Notes: generated by a model not told the origin, from the sequence alone. DNA of 64,000 bases from Bacteriovoracaceae bacterium (GCA_018649885.1 JABIHA010000035.1:1-64000); one strand, 5' to 3'; positions 27,666 to 37,475 are shown, numbered from the stretch's first letter. Program-made: numbers and translations.

Positions 27666-28658
27666 GTGAAGTTTTCTCTAATTCTAACAATTCTCTGTTT
27701 CAATATATCATCTTCAATTCATGCATCAGAGCTTCTAGCTGAGCTAAATATTATTAAAGAAAGAGCTCCTTTCCCAGGTTATCTCTATCGCCCAAACGAT
27801 GAAAAACAACACCCTGCAATTATCTTGCTTCATGGGAGTGAAGGTGGCAATGGAGACTTTTGGTATAGGCCAGGCCAAGCACCTACGCGTGTGGGAGAAA
27901 ATGCAACTCTACCCTTTATTGCCCGATATTTTGCAACACTTGGATATGTAACATATGCTTTTTGTTACTTTGATTGTGAGCACCACCAAGGCTATGAGAA
28001 ATACCCACCAAATGAATTAAAAGAAGTGGACTTACTACACACAACATACAAGGCCATAGAATGGTTAAAGTCATCCACTTTTGTCCAAGGAAAAAAACTA
28101 GCTCTGTGGGGAGGATCTAGAGGAGCTGAACAGGCCATTTTTCTTGCCTCCCAATTAGCTGAACACAAATCAAAGGGAGTAGACCTAATTATTCCTGATA
28201 CAGTGATAGCGCTTTCGCCATACCAAGTTGTTGCCCCTTCCTTTACCCTGGAAGCAGCACGAGCATATATTAATGGTACAACCCCACCTATGATGACTTT
28301 TAGTGCTCCCTGGATTTTTGGCAAGGCACACTATCCGGGGAAAACGATTGAAATTGAGCACTACAAAGGTCCACTACTTGTCAGTTATTTCACCGAGGAT
28401 ACTGTTTGGGGGCCTGGAGCTGATATTCGATCACTTTTTGGTAGATACCTTGAAAGTGAGTATCGATACATCTCCATAAATAATCAATCTGCCTCAGAGT
28501 CGCTTTTTAATAGCATTGATTTTAAGAAAAATGACCGTTATTTTATTGAATTTGAGGCTTCGGGACATGTTTTCCCTCCACAAGGAATGCCAACAAATTA
28601 CTTTTACAATCAAATGACCGTGAATTTTTTGAAATATTTTTTAGGAGGCACACTATGA
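27666..28658 (+). CDS. secreted alpha/beta hydrolase (acyl-CoA thioesterase/BAAT-like)
   Basis: ILLHGSEGG, WGGSRGAE nucleophile elbow, EASGHVF. Confidence 0.85.
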   Translation: MKFSLILTILCFNISSSIHASELLAELNIIKERAPFPGYLYRPNDEKQHPAIILLHGSEGGNGDFWYRPGQAPTRVGENATLPFIARYFATLGYVTYAFCYFDCEHHQGYEKYPPNELKEVDLLHTTYKAIEWLKSSTFVQGKKLALWGGSRGAEQAIFLASQLAEHKSKGVDLIIPDTVIALSPYQVVAPSFTLEAARAYINGTTPPMMTFSAPWIFGKAHYPGKTIEIEHYKGPLLVSYFTEDTVWGPGADIRSLFGRYLESEYRYISINNQSASESLFNSIDFKKNDRYFIEFEASGHVFPPQGMPTNYFYNQMTVNFLKYFLGGTL

Positions 28659-29137
28659 ATTCAATTGCTAAAAAAATATATCTTACATTGCTTCTGCTGA
28701 ATATTCCATTTCTCTATCTAAGAGTTCACCATTACCTTTTTCCTGACTATAATATCCCTGTACATTTTGAAAGAGAGCGAATCTATATCATGCTTGTTTC
28801 TGGAGTAGCATTATTTCTAATGTTAATATCAATTCTTCTCTATAAACTTAGCTGGAGAGTTAGCAAAAATGTAAATAAAGGAAGTCTCAATTTTGTAGTT
28901 CCAAAAATATTGGTACTTAATTTACTGGGATTTTCATGTTCGCTTTCAATTTTTATTTTTGGAAATATTTGTTTAAATGTTCTTGTTCAATACCATTTCC
29001 TTTCATATATTTTGATGGCGATTTCTTTGATCTTGGCTTTTGTACAATTCCCTCGGAAAAGTAAAATAGATTCGTATTTTGATGAATTTATTTCTGAACC
29101 TTCTCTTGGCCGGCTTAAAGTACCTGGGACTAATTAA
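28655..29137 (+). CDS. 4-TM membrane hypothetical protein
   Basis: ATGA overlap with the hydrolase, GGAGG RBS, four hydrophobic segments. Confidence 0.7.
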   Translation: MNSIAKKIYLTLLLLNIPFLYLRVHHYLFPDYNIPVHFERERIYIMLVSGVALFLMLISILLYKLSWRVSKNVNKGSLNFVVPKILVLNLLGFSCSLSIFIFGNICLNVLVQYHFLSYILMAISLILAFVQFPRKSKIDSYFDEFISEPSLGRLKVPGTN

Positions 29138-29160
29138 AAGAGAAAAAGAAAGAGAGTGAC

Positions 29161-29628
29161 TTATTTAAAAGTACAGCCAGTCAAAGTATCAATCACTTTA
29201 CCTTGCCTATTAAAGCCATCTTGATCTCCAAGAATACCATTAAGGCCGTGTTCAAAGCGGTAGAACATTGTACCGTTTCCAGTAAGCTTATTAATATTGA
29301 TCACGATCTTATTGAATCCACCCGGACTACAGCAATAGATTTTTTTATAATTGAGATGAAAGCTCTCTTCGTTGTTAATATAGTTACCCAGCCTTGTGAG
29401 CTTGGCCTCTCGGTGAGACTTCTCAAGACGGTGGTATTCACCCTTGTTATTAAATTTAACAGGAACGTATCTGTGCTTGTCTTTGACAACTATTAGCTTT
29501 CTGCCAAAACCGTCACTTTTGTTGAAATCACAACTGAGAATTTCAGGTTTGTCTGTGAGGTCGTACTTTGCCTCAGCTAGAGTTGGGAGGATTAAGCTCG
29601 CAATTAAACATAGCTTTAAGTTTTTCAT
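29161..29628 (-). CDS. secreted hypothetical protein
   Basis: AGGAG RBS, signal peptide ending AEA. Confidence 0.75.
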   Translation of the reverse strand: MKNLKLCLIASLILPTLAEAKYDLTDKPEILSCDFNKSDGFGRKLIVVKDKHRYVPVKFNNKGEYHRLEKSHREAKLTRLGNYINNEESFHLNYKKIYCCSPGGFNKIVININKLTGNGTMFYRFEHGLNGILGDQDGFNRQGKVIDTLTGCTFK

Positions 29629-29695
29629 GACTGACTCCTAGAAGTCGTCAATATAGCATTTTTCTAGATTTTGTAACACGGACTGTGTAGTAATT

Positions 29696-30481
29696 TCACT
29701 CATTTAACTTTGAGGCGTGGCCTAAGTATCCGACAAGTAGTGAAGGCGTTAGTGAGAAGCTAAACTTTTCATGGAGCTTTCTTTTGACGATGCTAATCAA
29801 GCAAGCCATGGTGAAAAGCCTAGGTCTGATACCAGTCATCTCCACATTTTTGAGCCCAACACTTTTACAAGTATCAGCAAGCTCATCAGGCCGAATAAAG
29901 AGCCTATATATATGCATATTTTTAGGAGTGTTGGGACAAAACCATTCTAATAGTTTTATCGCTACAATATAGCTTAGAGGGTTTCGATTAAAAGTGTGGA
30001 AGAAAAAAGCTCCATTTTTACCAATCACTCGAGTGGCCTCTTTAATGACTACACTAGGGTTTTCCACATGCTCAAGTACATCCATGGCAAAGGCCACATC
30101 GAATTCTTCGTCATTGAAGGGAAGGTTAGTGGCATTTCCTAGCATGTAATTAACATTTTTAGTGCTGTCATAGGCCCTGGCAGTCTCAAGGCTTGATGGT
30201 GAGAGATCGAGGCCTATAACCTGGTGGCCTAGCTCTGAGAGATAGTTACTGAGAAATCCACCTCCGCAACCAATATCTAAAATTTTGAGTTTTTTATCGC
30301 CAAATTTTTCTTCGAGAGTTTTTCTGACCCATTCATTTTTAAGCTTTGATTCAGACCTTAGAATGGCCACAGGATCATCGTCTGCTTCATACCACTTTTC
30401 GCCGTACTCCTCGTAACAGTCATTGTTGACTTCAAGGACTTGTCTTTTAAAAAATGGCGCGCGCATGGTTTTGGTCAGCAC
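29696..30481 (-). CDS. UbiG-like SAM-dependent O-methyltransferase
   Basis: ILDIGCGGGFLS, MDVLEHV, FHTFNRN, H...FIRPDEL. Confidence 0.85.
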   Translation of the reverse strand: MLTKTMRAPFFKRQVLEVNNDCYEEYGEKWYEADDDPVAILRSESKLKNEWVRKTLEEKFGDKKLKILDIGCGGGFLSNYLSELGHQVIGLDLSPSSLETARAYDSTKNVNYMLGNATNLPFNDEEFDVAFAMDVLEHVENPSVVIKEATRVIGKNGAFFFHTFNRNPLSYIVAIKLLEWFCPNTPKNMHIYRLFIRPDELADTCKSVGLKNVEMTGIRPRLFTMACLISIVKRKLHEKFSFSLTPSLLVGYLGHASKLNE

Positions 30482-30669
30482 TTAATATCCCCCGAGTTCA
30501 GAGCTTTTATGTATAGAATGTGATCAACATCATAAAAATAGACTAGTACAGGAAAGAAATCAAGTATTTCCCTGATAGACTGTCAAATATACACAGTTAA
30601 CTAGCTAAAATTTTAGCAAAGGAGCGGTTTTTTGAGAAAACACTCATGGTTTAAATTTAGAGTACGATA

Positions 30670-30701
30670 TATAATGTAACCACAATCAAGCGTTACGTAA
30701 C
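30670..30701 (+). promoter_or_regulatory. -10 box plus palindromic operator upstream of the KfrA-FliG gene
   Basis: TATAAT 30670-30675, GTAAC half-site 30676-30680, perfect palindrome GTTACGTAAC 30692-30701. Confidence 0.6.
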
Positions 30702-30712
30702 AGGGGGGGCTT

Positions 30713-31231
30713 ATGGCAAGAAGAGGAATTGAATACTCCGAGGTTGAAACGGCTTGCAGTCAAATTTGGGAAACCGGTGGCACACCATCGGCCAAAAAAG
30801 TGCGCGAGCATTTGGGGAGAGGCTCTCTTACAACCATTTCAAAATATCTAAATATGTGGAAAAAGAGAAATGATTCGGGCAGTGACCAGGCCCAGTCCAT
30901 AGACCAATTAATAGAAAATTGTAACAGCGTTGATCTTAGGGTTTTGTCTGATTTTGTAGACCGCGAAACTCCTCAAGTGGCCGCTATTTTACTTTCTAAG
31001 TTAGCTGAGTTGCAGTCAGTAGCAGTTCTGAAGAAAATGGATCTGCCTAAGAGAGAAGATGTTCTCAGTCGCATTGAAAACTTGGGCTTTGTCTCTCCTT
31101 CAATATTAAAAATTGTGTTTCAGATACTAGACAGTGAATTGGCCGGATTTTCTCAGGTTAGTGAAGATGCCCACAAGATTGCTTCAAGGGCGAAGAGTTT
31201 GAGAGAGAAATTAAAACAAGGGGGGGAGTAG
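30713..31231 (+). CDS. KfrA_N DNA-binding domain fused to a FliG middle domain
   Basis: MARRGIEYSEVETAC...PSAKKVREHLGRGSLTTISKYLNMW (KfrA_N pattern); VLSDFVDRETPQVAAILLSKL...DVLSRIENLGFVSPSIL (FliG-M, EHPQ to ETPQ). Confidence 0.85.
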   Translation: MARRGIEYSEVETACSQIWETGGTPSAKKVREHLGRGSLTTISKYLNMWKKRNDSGSDQAQSIDQLIENCNSVDLRVLSDFVDRETPQVAAILLSKLAELQSVAVLKKMDLPKREDVLSRIENLGFVSPSILKIVFQILDSELAGFSQVSEDAHKIASRAKSLREKLKQGGE

Positions 31232-31857
31232 TGAGCGTTCATAATTTTGAATACTACAAACAAAAGGGAAAGTCCTTAGATGAAATAAATTTCTATTTGA
31301 TGGATATTAAAGATCTTTCATTAACTGAGCTTATTGAAGAAAGATTTATTAGGCTTTTTAGAGTCAGTATATCAAATCTTTTGAGAAATGTTGTGGATCT
31401 CAAGGTTAGCTCAAAATCAAAAACCTCCCTTGAAGAGTTCAAACAAAATTCTAGTGGCACTCATTTCTATCTCATCGGAAAAAGTGAAGTTCTGAAAGGA
31501 CCCATGATATTTCAATTTGAAACGAGCTTGGGACGAGGGATCATCCACCACCTTCTCGGTGGTGAGAATATTACTTTCAAAGAGTGTGATACTGAATTTA
31601 CTCAAATTGAACTTAGTGTGATGAAAGTTGTTTATGAAAAACTACTAGTAGATTTTAATGAGGCTTGGTCTCCCATCAAAAAATTAGATGTTGGCCACCT
31701 TCGGTTTGAAATTAATTCCAAGTTTATAGGTATCGTCAGTGATGATGAGCCTTGCCTAGAACTGGAAATTGAACTCAATTTTTGTCAAAGCAGCGGTAAA
31801 ATGCGAATCCTGATTCCATTTCAAACTCTATATCCTATCAGAGAGCGATTGTTTTAG
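31231..31857 (+). CDS. stand-alone FliM middle (CheC-like) domain protein, no SpoA domain
   Basis: ERFIRLFRVSISNLLR, HLLGG, EFTQIEL, EAWSPI, RFEINSKFIGIV, GKMRILIPFQTLYPIRERL; TAGTG overlap with upstream gene. Confidence 0.85.
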   Translation: MSVHNFEYYKQKGKSLDEINFYLMDIKDLSLTELIEERFIRLFRVSISNLLRNVVDLKVSSKSKTSLEEFKQNSSGTHFYLIGKSEVLKGPMIFQFETSLGRGIIHHLLGGENITFKECDTEFTQIELSVMKVVYEKLLVDFNEAWSPIKKLDVGHLRFEINSKFIGIVSDDEPCLELEIELNFCQSSGKMRILIPFQTLYPIRERLF

Positions 31858-31868
31858 TGAAAATGCTT

Positions 31869-34550
31869 TTACTGAGTGACGGTTTGTCGGTCGAGTTTTT
31901 GCATCACTTTTTTGCGAATATAATCACTTCCCCAGATCAGTGGAATTCCAAGCCATGCCAAGGCGTACATAGAGTAGGGCACTCGACCAGTGCCCAGTAC
32001 TCGTTGTAATGGCGGCCAGTAGAGAACGGCCCATGAAAAAACTATTTGAATGATGATTCCAGTGAGCAGAAGTTTATTTTTGAATAGGCCCATATCAAGG
32101 CCTGATTTGTAATGAAACCTTCGACCGATTAAATTGCCAATTTGCATCAGTAAAATTGTTGTCAAGGCCATGCCGGTTGCTGAATGGTATAGTGGGCTGT
32201 CTCCGGTTAAGCGCATTCCCCACTGCCATCCACCTGCTTTTAAGATCATAAAAAAGAGAGTGAAAGACCATAGACCTTCAAGTAAACCTAAGAATAAATA
32301 GCTATGAACCACCAGCCTTAAACTAAGTAGCCCTTCCTTAGAACTGCGAGGCGGTTTCTTCATCTCACCCGGGTCTGGCGGCTCTTGGCCCAAGGCCATT
32401 GATGGAATAATATCTGTCCCCAAATCAATTGATAAGATTTGAATGACAGTTAGTGCTAGGGGAATAGGAAAAAGAATATAGAGTAGGTAGGGGAGAATTT
32501 CAGGGCCATTACTGACAAGTACATAGTTAGTAAATTTTTTGATATTGGCAAAAACTGTTCTTCCCTCTTCTATGCCGGCCACAATTGAGGCCAAGTTGTC
32601 ATCTAGCAAGATAATTTGGGCCGACTCCCTGGCGACATCGGTTCCATCTTTGCCCATGGCAATACCTACATCGGCTGCTTTTAAGGCCGGAGCATCATTG
32701 ACTCCGTCACCGGTCATGGCCACAACCTTATCTAGTATTTTTAGAGCAGAAATAATTTTCATCTTCTGTTCAGGAGTACTCCTGGCAAAAACTCGAACTC
32801 CTGATTTCAGATTTTCAATTAATTGGACTTCACTCATAGTATCAAGTTGATGACCCGTTAGAATAAGTGAATCTCCACAATCAGAATCTAAAATCCCACA
32901 TTTTTTTGCAACAGCTACCGCTGTATCGGGGTGATCACCAGTAATGAGGATAAAGTCAATTCCAGCAACCTTGGCCTGAGCAATGGATTTCTCAACTCCA
33001 TCACGTAATGGATCTTCAAGGCCCATGAATCCAAGAAAGATTAAATCTTTTTCCATTTGATCTTGATTATTAAAGTCATCTTTAGCGCTGCATTCACGGT
33101 AGGCAAAACTGATAACTCTCATTCCCTGCTTTGCTGTTTCTTTAAGTATTTTATCAAATATTTGATAATCACTTTCACTAAGCTCAGATAACTGTCCTGC
33201 ACAATTTTTGTATTTTAGAAGTGGGCGAACATCTTCCCAAGCACCTTTGACAGAAAAATAAGTCTTTCCCCTGATTTTTCCAATTCCAGCAGCTCTTCTT
33301 TTTTCAGTATCAAAAGGAAAAATTTTGATAGAGGGAAAAGGGGCATCCTTTGAGCTTTCTTGAAGACTTTGCCACTTTTTATTTAAGGCCACATCTAAGG
33401 GGTCACCTGTGATTTTTTGTCCACCATCTTGGAGGTGAACATCACAAGACAGTAGTGCCATTTCAAGCACTTCATTTTGATCAATGCCCTCAATACTGTT
33501 TCCACTGTGGTCAAGAATTTGGGCCACTCTTAGTTTGTTTTGAGTTATTGTTCCCGTTTTATCGGTACATATGACCTCAACACTTCCAAGGGCCTCGACG
33601 GCCTCCATTCCTTTTACTAGAACTTGTCGCTTGGCCATACGTTTAGCACCCATGGCCAAGGCCAGGGTAAATGTGGGAAGTAGCCCTTCTGGTACATTGG
33701 CAACAATAATGCCCATCATAAATACTAAGTTCACCCATAAGGGGCGGCCGGTGAACATGCCATAGATGAAAAAAACAAGTCCCATACTCACTGCAATGGC
33801 CGTTAAAATGCGAACCATGTGTGCTGTTTCTTTTTCAAGAGGTGATGGGGGTCTTGTCATGGTTTGCGATAGCTGAGCAATTTTTCCAAATTCGGTGCGC
33901 AGGCCTGTGGCAAAAACTACTGCTTTACCACTTCCTTTGAGAATACTACAACCTGCAAAGATTATATTATTTGAATCTTGTAGTCGCTTTGAGCAGGGGG
34001 CAGAAATGGCCCTAATAGCAAGAGATTCGCCGGTAAGTGAGGCGTTATTTAAAACCAAATCATTACTCTGTATTATGCGCGCATCGGCTGGTACCCTGAG
34101 ACCTTCACTTACTTGCAGGATATCTCCGGGAACGATTTCTTCAACATCGATTTCACTCTCAATACCTTCTCGAATGACATTGACTGTTAGAGGAATAAAT
34201 TTTTCTAAGACCTCCATCATTTGTTCCGCCCGGTATTCTTGAAAAAAGGCGAAAAGAGCATTGAGAATACTAACACCAAATAGGGCGTACCCTAATATAT
34301 CCATGCCCTCATCACTTTTAATTGAATGGGCAAAAAAACAGATTCCTCCTGAAACAAATAATAAGATAGTGAAAAAATTAGTAAATTGTTTAAAAAGAAC
34401 CTTAAGCATCACATATTTATTTTTTACTTTTAATGTATTTTTTCCCACTTCCCTTAGACGTTCGCTGACTTCACCAGAGCTGAGTCCATCCGGTCTGCTC
34501 CCTAAGGACCTGTAGACAAGAGGTATTTGGACTCCTTGAATTTGTTTCAT
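31869..34550 (-). CDS. cation-transporting P-type ATPase, P2C (Na,K/H,K)-like
   Basis: LTGES, VANVPEGL, DKTGT, TGDGVND, SNGPEI, ILSIDLGTD. Confidence 0.95.
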   Translation of the reverse strand: MKQIQGVQIPLVYRSLGSRPDGLSSGEVSERLREVGKNTLKVKNKYVMLKVLFKQFTNFFTILLFVSGGICFFAHSIKSDEGMDILGYALFGVSILNALFAFFQEYRAEQMMEVLEKFIPLTVNVIREGIESEIDVEEIVPGDILQVSEGLRVPADARIIQSNDLVLNNASLTGESLAIRAISAPCSKRLQDSNNIIFAGCSILKGSGKAVVFATGLRTEFGKIAQLSQTMTRPPSPLEKETAHMVRILTAIAVSMGLVFFIYGMFTGRPLWVNLVFMMGIIVANVPEGLLPTFTLALAMGAKRMAKRQVLVKGMEAVEALGSVEVICTDKTGTITQNKLRVAQILDHSGNSIEGIDQNEVLEMALLSCDVHLQDGGQKITGDPLDVALNKKWQSLQESSKDAPFPSIKIFPFDTEKRRAAGIGKIRGKTYFSVKGAWEDVRPLLKYKNCAGQLSELSESDYQIFDKILKETAKQGMRVISFAYRECSAKDDFNNQDQMEKDLIFLGFMGLEDPLRDGVEKSIAQAKVAGIDFILITGDHPDTAVAVAKKCGILDSDCGDSLILTGHQLDTMSEVQLIENLKSGVRVFARSTPEQKMKIISALKILDKVVAMTGDGVNDAPALKAADVGIAMGKDGTDVARESAQIILLDDNLASIVAGIEEGRTVFANIKKFTNYVLVSNGPEILPYLLYILFPIPLALTVIQILSIDLGTDIIPSMALGQEPPDPGEMKKPPRSSKEGLLSLRLVVHSYLFLGLLEGLWSFTLFFMILKAGGWQWGMRLTGDSPLYHSATGMALTTILLMQIGNLIGRRFHYKSGLDMGLFKNKLLLTGIIIQIVFSWAVLYWPPLQRVLGTGRVPYSMYALAWLGIPLIWGSDYIRKKVMQKLDRQTVTQ

Positions 34551-35392
34551 TTATCACTCGTATGATATAAGGCCACATCACAATTACTTCGTCTCAAAAT
34601 TTGCTCAAAAAGATTACCGAAAAAAGAATGGCGGTTTAGATAAGAGTCAGGAGCTCCCATGAAAATTAAATCAGAATGCCATTTATTAGCAAAGAGAATA
34701 ACTTCTTTTGATAAGCTATTTGACAGCTGAGCATGAGTTTTTATTTGATGATCCCCTAAATCTAAGGAAGCTTTCATAAAACTAGACACCTCTTCTAAAT
34801 CTTGAAGAGACTTTTTCCTAAAACGTTCGGCCCTTTTAGGTGATAAATTTCGAAAAAAAAGAGAAAATAATTTTTTTATGTGAAGTAATCTCAGCTCACT
34901 AATGCCAGGGGCAAATCCTTTCAAAATAGAAGATGCTTGTTGCAAGTGCAGGTGATTTTTGGCAGTAGGGATTAAGATATTTTTGGCCACGCCCAGAAGA
35001 CCTGGACGTGTTACACGGAAAATAATTGTGGAAAAGGACTTGTTTTTGATCAACAGCTTTTCAGCAATAGAGCCAGATAAAAAGCCTTTTAAATGACCAT
35101 GAGATCTGGCTCCGGCGATTAAAAAGCATTGAGAATTTTGTGGGAGATGGTTGATAATAGAGCTGCTGACATTGCCTTTAAGAGGAAGAATGCTTACAAA
35201 TGGTTCAAGATTTCGCTGTTCAACTTCATCCACAAGTGCTTTTAGTTTTTCATCAAATTTTGAGCGCGACATTTTCCCGTCTTCTACATAGAGAATGTGA
35301 AGTTCTTTAACACCAATATTTGTGGCCATATTCATAGCATAGCGGGCAACCCAGTCACTGTGGAGTGAGCCATCGTAGGCCAAATAAATCAT
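34547..35392 (-). CDS. tandem universal stress protein (USP)
   Basis: IYLAYDGS, GFLSGSIAEKLL, SDLIFMG...FFGNLFEQILRRSNCDV; overlaps the ATPase start. Confidence 0.85.
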   Translation of the reverse strand: MIYLAYDGSLHSDWVARYAMNMATNIGVKELHILYVEDGKMSRSKFDEKLKALVDEVEQRNLEPFVSILPLKGNVSSSIINHLPQNSQCFLIAGARSHGHLKGFLSGSIAEKLLIKNKSFSTIIFRVTRPGLLGVAKNILIPTAKNHLHLQQASSILKGFAPGISELRLLHIKKLFSLFFRNLSPKRAERFRKKSLQDLEEVSSFMKASLDLGDHQIKTHAQLSNSLSKEVILFANKWHSDLIFMGAPDSYLNRHSFFGNLFEQILRRSNCDVALYHTSDK

Positions 35393-35583
35393 TTGAAACA
35401 TACCTCCTAAGGTTTGCTCATATTCATTTTTCATCGCTTTGTATGGAGAATTATAACATTTTTGGTATAAGAGAGTTTTAAATTTTGTTAAGGAAATATA
35501 AGCTGGGCACCATCATCTTTTTTTAGTTGAGTCTAAAACTTTAGTACTTTAGTACTTTAGAAGGAACACTGCAGGGGAGTAAA

Positions 35584-36438
35584 TTAGAAAATTTGTCTGA
35601 TTTTTGTGACTTCCACACCGCCACAACTTTTGGGACTGCACATGGTCTCAACAAGACACGCTCGCTTTTTAGGAGAGTAAAAGCTCGGCATGCCATTTCC
35701 TCTGACCAGGATACCTTCTACAAGTCCTGATATTTTGTTGATAACAGGAGAGCCAGAACTCCCTCCAAGGGCATCAAGGTTGGCGGTAAAAAATTCGGGG
35801 TGAGCTGATTTCATCACATGGGCAACATTTATAATTTTAAGAGGGAGTCCTCCCAGATGAGTGGTCATAAATAGTGGGTCACCACTTTTTAGGTCATCAG
35901 AATAATTGAGCTCAAGGGGATCACGATCAGTGACCACTCTTTCTAACTGAGCGATGGCATAGTCATGGGATTTTGATTTATCGTACTGTCTTTTTACAAT
36001 TTTTCTACAGCGGTAAATCTGTCGGTAGTTAAAAGAAATGGAATCTTTTGTGTTTGATTTGTAGTGGTAGTCAAAGAGCCAAAAATTATTTCGGCAATCC
36101 ATAGTGCTACCAAGACAGTGTCCTGCTGTTAGAATTAAGTCCCGGTCAATTAGAAAACCTGTACAGAGTCCACTCGCTGGCTCAGCTGCAAAAGGGTGAT
36201 CAGAGCAGACTTTGAAACGTGACTCGAAGTTTAGATCATTTAAATAAAAATAGTCGCCCTTCATGGAGTAGTTGAGATGACTCTGGTAGACCATGACTGC
36301 TGTGGCAGAGATCGCTTTTTTGTAAATGCCAGATTTTAGGTCATAGGGTTGCATTCTATTATCCGGTGGATAAATAACTTGCTGTCCAAAAACAGCACCA
36401 AACTGAAAAATGGTAGCGATCAAAAAAGTCACTGGCAT
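35584..36438 (-). CDS. secreted trypsin-like serine protease (S1)
   Basis: CTGFLI, LTAGHC, HDYAI, GGSSGSPV. Confidence 0.9.
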   Translation of the reverse strand: MPVTFLIATIFQFGAVFGQQVIYPPDNRMQPYDLKSGIYKKAISATAVMVYQSHLNYSMKGDYFYLNDLNFESRFKVCSDHPFAAEPASGLCTGFLIDRDLILTAGHCLGSTMDCRNNFWLFDYHYKSNTKDSISFNYRQIYRCRKIVKRQYDKSKSHDYAIAQLERVVTDRDPLELNYSDDLKSGDPLFMTTHLGGLPLKIINVAHVMKSAHPEFFTANLDALGGSSGSPVINKISGLVEGILVRGNGMPSFYSPKKRACLVETMCSPKSCGGVEVTKIRQIF

Positions 36439-36477
36439 CCTTTTGCCTGATTATAAAAGCTTTGCTACATTTTGCCC

Positions 36478-37335
36478 ATGAAATTGGCCTTCCTTATATG
36501 TAGCGATTTATCTGGGTTTTTCGTCGATGATAACCTAGCGATAACACTTCTCAAAGAACGTGGCATCGCGGTGGATCCTGTGGTTTGGGATGCTCCTGAC
36601 ACCAATTGGGGCAATTACGATGCGGTGATCATTCGTTCTACATGGGATTACACCAAAAAGATTCATGAGTTTATTAAAGTGCTAAAGACCATTCATAACA
36701 GTGGGGTGAAACTGTTAAATGAGCTGGAAACTGTTGCATGGAATTACGATAAGAACTATCTGAGTGAACTAGGAGAAAAGGGGGTCTCTGTTATCCCTAC
36801 AAGATTTGATCTAACTCTTGATCGTCTTGGTGAGGCCTTTGATATATTTGAGTGTCAAAAAATTATTGTCAAACCTACTATTGGGGCAGGAAGTGATAAG
36901 ACCTATCCCCTTGAAGTGGCCCAAGTTGAACAGATGATGCCACAAATGGCCTTTGACTTTGAAAATACTCCCTTTATGGTCCAGCCTTTTATTGAAGAGG
37001 TCATTACTGTCGGTGAGTACTCTGCCCATTTTTTTGATTGCAATTTTTCACACGCCATAACAAAAACTCCTAAAAAAGGTGATTACCGGGTTCAAGAAGA
37101 GCATGGTGGAATACTCGAAGCAGTTGTTGCCACTAAGGAGCTTACCCAACTTTCAAAAAAGGCCATTGAGTGCGCACCTGGTAGTCCTTTATACGCAAGG
37201 GTGGATTGGTTATACAAAAATGATCAGTGGCTTTTAATGGAGCTTGAACTGATTGAGCCAGCACTGTACCTTAGTCTTCATCCTGAAGCTCCAGCTAACT
37301 TTGTGCAGGCCCTTTTAAAGAGAGTAAAGCTCTAA
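36478..37335 (+). CDS. ATP-grasp ligase (RimK/DcsG-like)
   Basis: IRSTWDY, WNYDKNYL, VKPTIGAGS, DYRVQEEHGG, YARVD, MELELIEP. Confidence 0.85.
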   Translation: MKLAFLICSDLSGFFVDDNLAITLLKERGIAVDPVVWDAPDTNWGNYDAVIIRSTWDYTKKIHEFIKVLKTIHNSGVKLLNELETVAWNYDKNYLSELGEKGVSVIPTRFDLTLDRLGEAFDIFECQKIIVKPTIGAGSDKTYPLEVAQVEQMMPQMAFDFENTPFMVQPFIEEVITVGEYSAHFFDCNFSHAITKTPKKGDYRVQEEHGGILEAVVATKELTQLSKKAIECAPGSPLYARVDWLYKNDQWLLMELELIEPALYLSLHPEAPANFVQALLKRVKL

Positions 37336-37475
37336 GAAAATTAAGGGCAGATACTTCAGTGGCCGTTTCATCACTGACGTTTCCTCCGAGGTAGGTAATT
37401 GTAAAAACTACCAATAAAATCCTTAAAGCTTTGGTTTGTTTTACAAAATATTGCACCTTGGATAGTGTGTAAACC

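Noticed and set aside
29696..30481. Firm ubiG gene symbol
   Set aside because: Family resemblance only; no other ubi genes nearby and substrate cannot be determined
30713..31857. Ordinary fliG/fliM genes or pseudogene fragments
   Set aside because: Both lack the terminal motor domains yet have clean starts, RBS, coupled stop/start and a fused KfrA_N domain; no flagellar operon context
35538..35560. Short ACTTTAGT x3 tandem repeat
   Set aside because: Too short and AT-rich to support a function
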